Under the pieces are notes generated by a model. That model did no database searches, was not told where the DNA came from, and worked only from the letters and a program-made list of their open reading frames with translations. Shown one piece after another: positions 60,562 through 64,000 of a stretch of 64,000 nucleotides of DNA (positions are counted from its first letter, which is position 1; every line of letters begins with the position of its first letter). The translations under genes and the position numbers were made by a program. The DNA is from Promethearchaeia archaeon (GTDB lineage: Archaea > Asgardarchaeota > Lokiarchaeia > Sigyniarchaeales > SOKP01): assembly GCA_029856045.1 (NCBI GenBank), contig JAHQWG010000047.1, forward strand, positions 160,001 through 224,000. The letters are read 5' to 3'.

Positions 60562-61773
60562 ATGATTTATATGGAATTTCAAGAGCCTATTATAAGAAAG
60601 GTCGATTCCTTTAATTTAGATTCCTTTCAAGATAGAAGATTAAAAACTTTTTTGAATGCAGGGATTAAAAATGCTTTTCCATCCAAAGAAGGCATTAATA
60701 TTCCGAAAAAGGGAGATTCCGATGAATTCTTAGCGGATTTATTAAATGTTTTGAATATTAAGACATTGGTTGTAGGAGTGGGAGGAGCCGGCAATAATAC
60801 AGTATCTCGATTGCAAGAGGGGGGGATTATTGGAGCTGAGACATTAAACGTAAATACAGATGCTCAAGATTTGTATTATTCACATGCGAGTTCAAAGTTA
60901 TTGATTGGAAAAGAAATTTCCAAAGGGTTGGGGTCAGGAAATAATCCTGAAATAGGAAAGGAATCTGCTGAATGTGACGTTAAAAGAATTAGAGAATTCA
61001 TGGATGCAGATGTAGTATTTTTAACGTGTGGATTAGGAGGAGGTACAGGAACTGGTGCTACTCCTATTATTGCAAGAGAAGCAAAAAAAGCAGGTGCCGT
61101 CGTTGTTACTTTCTGCACATTACCGTTTGGAATGGAGGGAGAAAAAAGGAGCTTGCGCGCGAATAGTGCATTAAGAGAATTAGCACAATATTCGGACTCG
61201 TTAATTCCCATTCCAAACGACCGTCTATTTAAGTTGGACCAAAACATTTCAATGATGACTGGATTTAAGATTATGGATGAAGTTCTTGTCAGAAGTTGCA
61301 GATCTTTGGTAGGTCTTATAAATAATTGTGGGATGGTCAATTTAGATTATGCTGATGTGAAAAATGTTCTTAGAAAAACTGGGAAATATCCATCAGGAAT
61401 TATTGGAATCGCTGAATCAGTAGGAGATAAAAATGACCTTATAAATAAAACAAAATTGGCTATTAATAATCCCCTTCTAGAACCCGATACAAAAAAAATT
61501 GATCAGTGCATAGTTTCAATATCTGGAGACCATGATATTCCATTATCAAAAATAGACAACGTAGTATCCACTGTTTCAAGTGAAATATCTAAAGAGGCCG
61601 ATTTAAAATTCGGTGCCATGATAAATCCAACTTTGGGTTCAAAAACTCAAATCCTATTTTTAGGAAAAGGACCGATTTCTCCATTATTACTTAAAGCGGT
61701 TAATTCGGAGGAAGGTAGGAACGATATTGAAGAAGATATGGGTTATAAAAATGTAATTAATCGCCTTTTTTGA
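60562..61773 (+). CDS. ftsZ: Cell division GTPase FtsZ
   Basis: VGVGGAGNN, NTDAQ, GLGGGTGTG, PF..EG, N.DYADV T7 loop. Confidence 0.93.
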   Translation: MIYMEFQEPIIRKVDSFNLDSFQDRRLKTFLNAGIKNAFPSKEGINIPKKGDSDEFLADLLNVLNIKTLVVGVGGAGNNTVSRLQEGGIIGAETLNVNTDAQDLYYSHASSKLLIGKEISKGLGSGNNPEIGKESAECDVKRIREFMDADVVFLTCGLGGGTGTGATPIIAREAKKAGAVVVTFCTLPFGMEGEKRSLRANSALRELAQYSDSLIPIPNDRLFKLDQNISMMTGFKIMDEVLVRSCRSLVGLINNCGMVNLDYADVKNVLRKTGKYPSGIIGIAESVGDKNDLINKTKLAINNPLLEPDTKKIDQCIVSISGDHDIPLSKIDNVVSTVSSEISKEADLKFGAMINPTLGSKTQILFLGKGPISPLLLKAVNSEEGRNDIEEDMGYKNVINRLF

Positions 61774-61901
61774 TTAATTACATCCTTTTAATTTTAAGTT
61801 GTTGATTATTTATTCTAATAATTCATATCATAGGCCAATATATTTCAAAATTATTCATTAGAGCAATTTTAAATTAGATATCATATTATGCTTTTTTAAC
61901 G

Positions 61902-62528
61902 ATGATTCAATTTGACATTAAAACCATAGTTTTTGATTTAGGTGGTGTATTATTCACATCGGGGACAACATTAGCTATAAAAAAAATTGCAATTAATTAT
62001 GGAATTAATTATAGAAAAGTCGGAGTAATATTTCTTGATAAAACTCATGAACTGGGCTATAAATTAAGGAGTGGAATGATCTCTATGGAAGAGTTCTTAG
62101 ATAATGTAATTAAAAAACTAAATTTGGAAGAAGAAGATAAAGAGCATATACAAAATATTTGGTTTAATTCGTATATACCTCATTTTGGAATGTTTGATTT
62201 AATAAAAAATTTGAAGAAAAATTATAGATTAGTGATTTTTAGCGGAAATGTTAAAACGAGGATAGCTTTTCTTAATAAAAGGTATGATTTTCTGAAATAT
62301 TTTGATGATTACGTTTTTAGTTATATTTATCATCATAATAAAAAAGAAATAGAATTTTATAATGAATTGATCAATCATCTTGGGTGTGAGCCAAATCAAT
62401 CTTTATTAATTGATGATAGTAGTAAGGCCGTTAAAATTGCCCGATCTCTTAATCTAAATGCAATAATTTATTATTATCCTGAGAAGTTAATTAAAGATTT
62501 AAAAAATTTTAATATAAAAATAAATTAA
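61902..62528 (+). CDS. HAD-superfamily hydrolase
   Basis: FDLGGVL, FSGN, K, LIDDS. Confidence 0.88.
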   Translation: MIQFDIKTIVFDLGGVLFTSGTTLAIKKIAINYGINYRKVGVIFLDKTHELGYKLRSGMISMEEFLDNVIKKLNLEEEDKEHIQNIWFNSYIPHFGMFDLIKNLKKNYRLVIFSGNVKTRIAFLNKRYDFLKYFDDYVFSYIYHHNKKEIEFYNELINHLGCEPNQSLLIDDSSKAVKIARSLNLNAIIYYYPEKLIKDLKNFNIKIN

Positions 62529-62542
62529 CGAGAGGGAATGCT

Positions 62543-62743
62543 ATTCCGAAGAAATGTAAATGGTATAATTGCTGCCCATTGAAATTTTTTTACGAGCAGG
62601 ACAATTTAGAAGAAAAATGGGTCAGAGATTATTGTTGGATAGGCAATAAAAATTGCATAAGATATCAAAAAGAAGAAGCTGGAATACCTCATCCAGATAA
62701 TATGATGCCAGATGGTAGTATAAGAGAGGATTTAAAATATTAA
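62543..62743 (+). CDS. Small Cys-rich protein (66 aa, missed by track); probable ATT start
   Basis: IPKKCKWYNCCPLKFFYEQ...WVRDYC...CIRYQ.EE.G.PHPD.M.PDG; GAGAGGG SD; ATG at 62538 is out of frame. Confidence 0.7.
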   Translation: MPKKCKWYNCCPLKFFYEQDNLEEKWVRDYCWIGNKNCIRYQKEEAGIPHPDNMMPDGSIREDLKY

Positions 62744-63412
62744 TGTGCTTCCAGCTTTTATTTCTACAAAATTATTGGGAAAATTTTTTCTTATTTTATT
62801 AGTTTTTGATGTACAATGACAGGGAGCAATTAAATCGATTCCTTCTAAAGCATATAACTTATCGAATCCGTGAAAACCTCCCAATACAGCGCGGATTTTT
62901 CCTAATTCCTTAGCATTTTCTATTATATTTTCTAAGCCTGGATGGGCACATCCTGTAATTATCACAATTCCTTCTTCTGACTTTAAAAATAAAGAGATTT
63001 CGGGTATTCCTGTTCCCAATTCTTTTGAGCAATAAATATTATCACCAATCTCAGTTATTTCCTTTATTCCATGAATCTTAACATCGGATGGCATTTGATT
63101 TGACATAAAATCTTTTTTTGAATAAGCTAGATAAAGTTCGATATTAGGATTTATTGCAATAAGACTCATTAATCCCCCAGCATGATCCATATGCGTATGA
63201 GAAAGAATTACTTTTTGAATTTTTTCAACTTCAATATTAAATTTATTAAGATTATGTGCCAATTTAGGAAAGTCACCACCGGTATCAAAGAGCAAAATCT
63301 TATTTGAATAATTATTCACAATAATTGCCCCAAATCCCCATCCAGATTGGAATCCAGGGAGGGCATTATTATCGAAGACTATTTTTACTTCAAAATTATG
63401 TTTATTTTTCAT
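62732..63412 (-). CDS. Metallo-beta-lactamase fold hydrolase
   Basis: LFDTG, SHTHMDH.GG, GCAHPG, GGFH, PCHCT. Confidence 0.9.
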   Translation of the reverse strand: MKNKHNFEVKIVFDNNALPGFQSGWGFGAIIVNNYSNKILLFDTGGDFPKLAHNLNKFNIEVEKIQKVILSHTHMDHAGGLMSLIAINPNIELYLAYSKKDFMSNQMPSDVKIHGIKEITEIGDNIYCSKELGTGIPEISLFLKSEEGIVIITGCAHPGLENIIENAKELGKIRAVLGGFHGFDKLYALEGIDLIAPCHCTSKTNKIRKNFPNNFVEIKAGSTLIF

Positions 63413-63501
63413 GAGATTATACCAATATCTTAAAAGAGATATGATTTAAAAAATTATTGAGCTTTATGATAAGAAAGAGAAATGAAATGATTATATCTAG
63501 A

Positions 63502-64000
63502 TTAAGATTTTTTGATTAAATCAATACAATATTCTAAAATAGCAGTTTCTTTTATTGTTTTATCAGGAATTAATCCTTGTCCGTAATTTAATTTACCTCC
63601 GCCTTTCCCTCCAAAATTTTGGACACAAGTCTTTATTATTTTGCCCATATTGAGATTGGATTTTTGAGAAGCTTCAGATCCTAACAAACCTAATAGAATT
63701 GTTCCCTGCTTTTCTTTACTGGTAAAAATTGTGATTGTCTCGGGGACTTTCTTAAAAATCTTAATTGATAAATTCTTCATATCATCTTGATTAATTGCAT
63801 CAAATGATCGCATAATGATTTTAAATTCTTTAAATTGTTTAGCATCTTCAATATATTTTTCAATTGCGCTATCACCAAAAATATTATTTATTTTTTCTAA
63901 TTTTTGTTTACTTTCCTCCCATTCGCCGTAGAATTTTTTAACTCTTTCTACGATAAGTTCAATTTGGGAATTTAGAATTTTGGCAACCTCTTCCAAGATA
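63502..64000 (-). CDS. alaS: 3' end of probable alanyl-tRNA synthetase (coiled coil plus DHHA1 domain); starts outside the window
   Basis: GGKGGG...GQG DHHA1 motif after a coiled coil; frame open to the window edge. Confidence 0.65.
   Translation of the reverse strand, partial: ILEEVAKILNSQIELIVERVKKFYGEWEESKQKLEKINNIFGDSAIEKYIEDAKQFKEFKIIMRSFDAINQDDMKNLSIKIFKKVPETITIFTSKEKQGTILLGLLGSEASQKSNLNMGKIIKTCVQNFGGKGGGKLNYGQGLIPDKTIKETAILEYCIDLIKKS

Noticed and set aside
669-61340. Many 60-150 aa track ORFs antisense to or nested in long genes (e.g. 2661-2984, 3543-3893, 27202-27663, 60876-61340)
   Set aside because: Shadow frames of well-supported genes with no recognisable motifs
1-64000. CRISPR arrays, rRNA genes, transposases, integrases
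   Set aside because: No regularly spaced repeats, rRNA-like GC-rich tracts or recombinase motifs seen

Overview
AT-rich (about 30% GC by eye) archaeal chromosomal segment, most consistent with an Asgard archaeon of the Lokiarchaeia. This assignment is inferred from GGTGA/GAGG ribosome-binding sites, a gelsolin-domain protein, a Rab-like GTPase, multi-PAS kinases with an HDMNN H-box, and a PAC2 chaperone. The left half carries a TIR plus HEPN-like defence-candidate pair running off the left edge, ilvE, shikimate genes (tyrA, aroE, aroK, aroD), adk, an HK-RR-HK cluster, sufC-sufBD, iscS-iscU, and cysS with tRNA-Cys directly upstream. The right half carries arsenic and copper resistance (acr3, arsR, copA) and a large redox and O2-stress region: NADH:rubredoxin reductase, rubredoxin, flavodiiron protein, an acyl-CoA dehydrogenase-rubredoxin fusion, OFOR, OsmC, a ferritin-like protein, desulfoferrodoxin, rubrerythrin and FTR-glutaredoxin. 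It also carries tusA-dsrE-iscS-iscU, dnaK-dnaJ with a clpB remnant, ftsZ and the 3' end of a probable alaS. Reading outside the ORF track gave: (i) a 51-codon ORF with an in-frame TGA in a CxxU motif followed by a 3' hairpin (candidate selenoprotein); (ii) six apparently intact genes that seem to start at ATT/ATA/CTG behind good SD sites; (iii) several missed small genes and three pseudogene remnants. All family assignments are by manual motif recognition; no database searches or folding programs were run.
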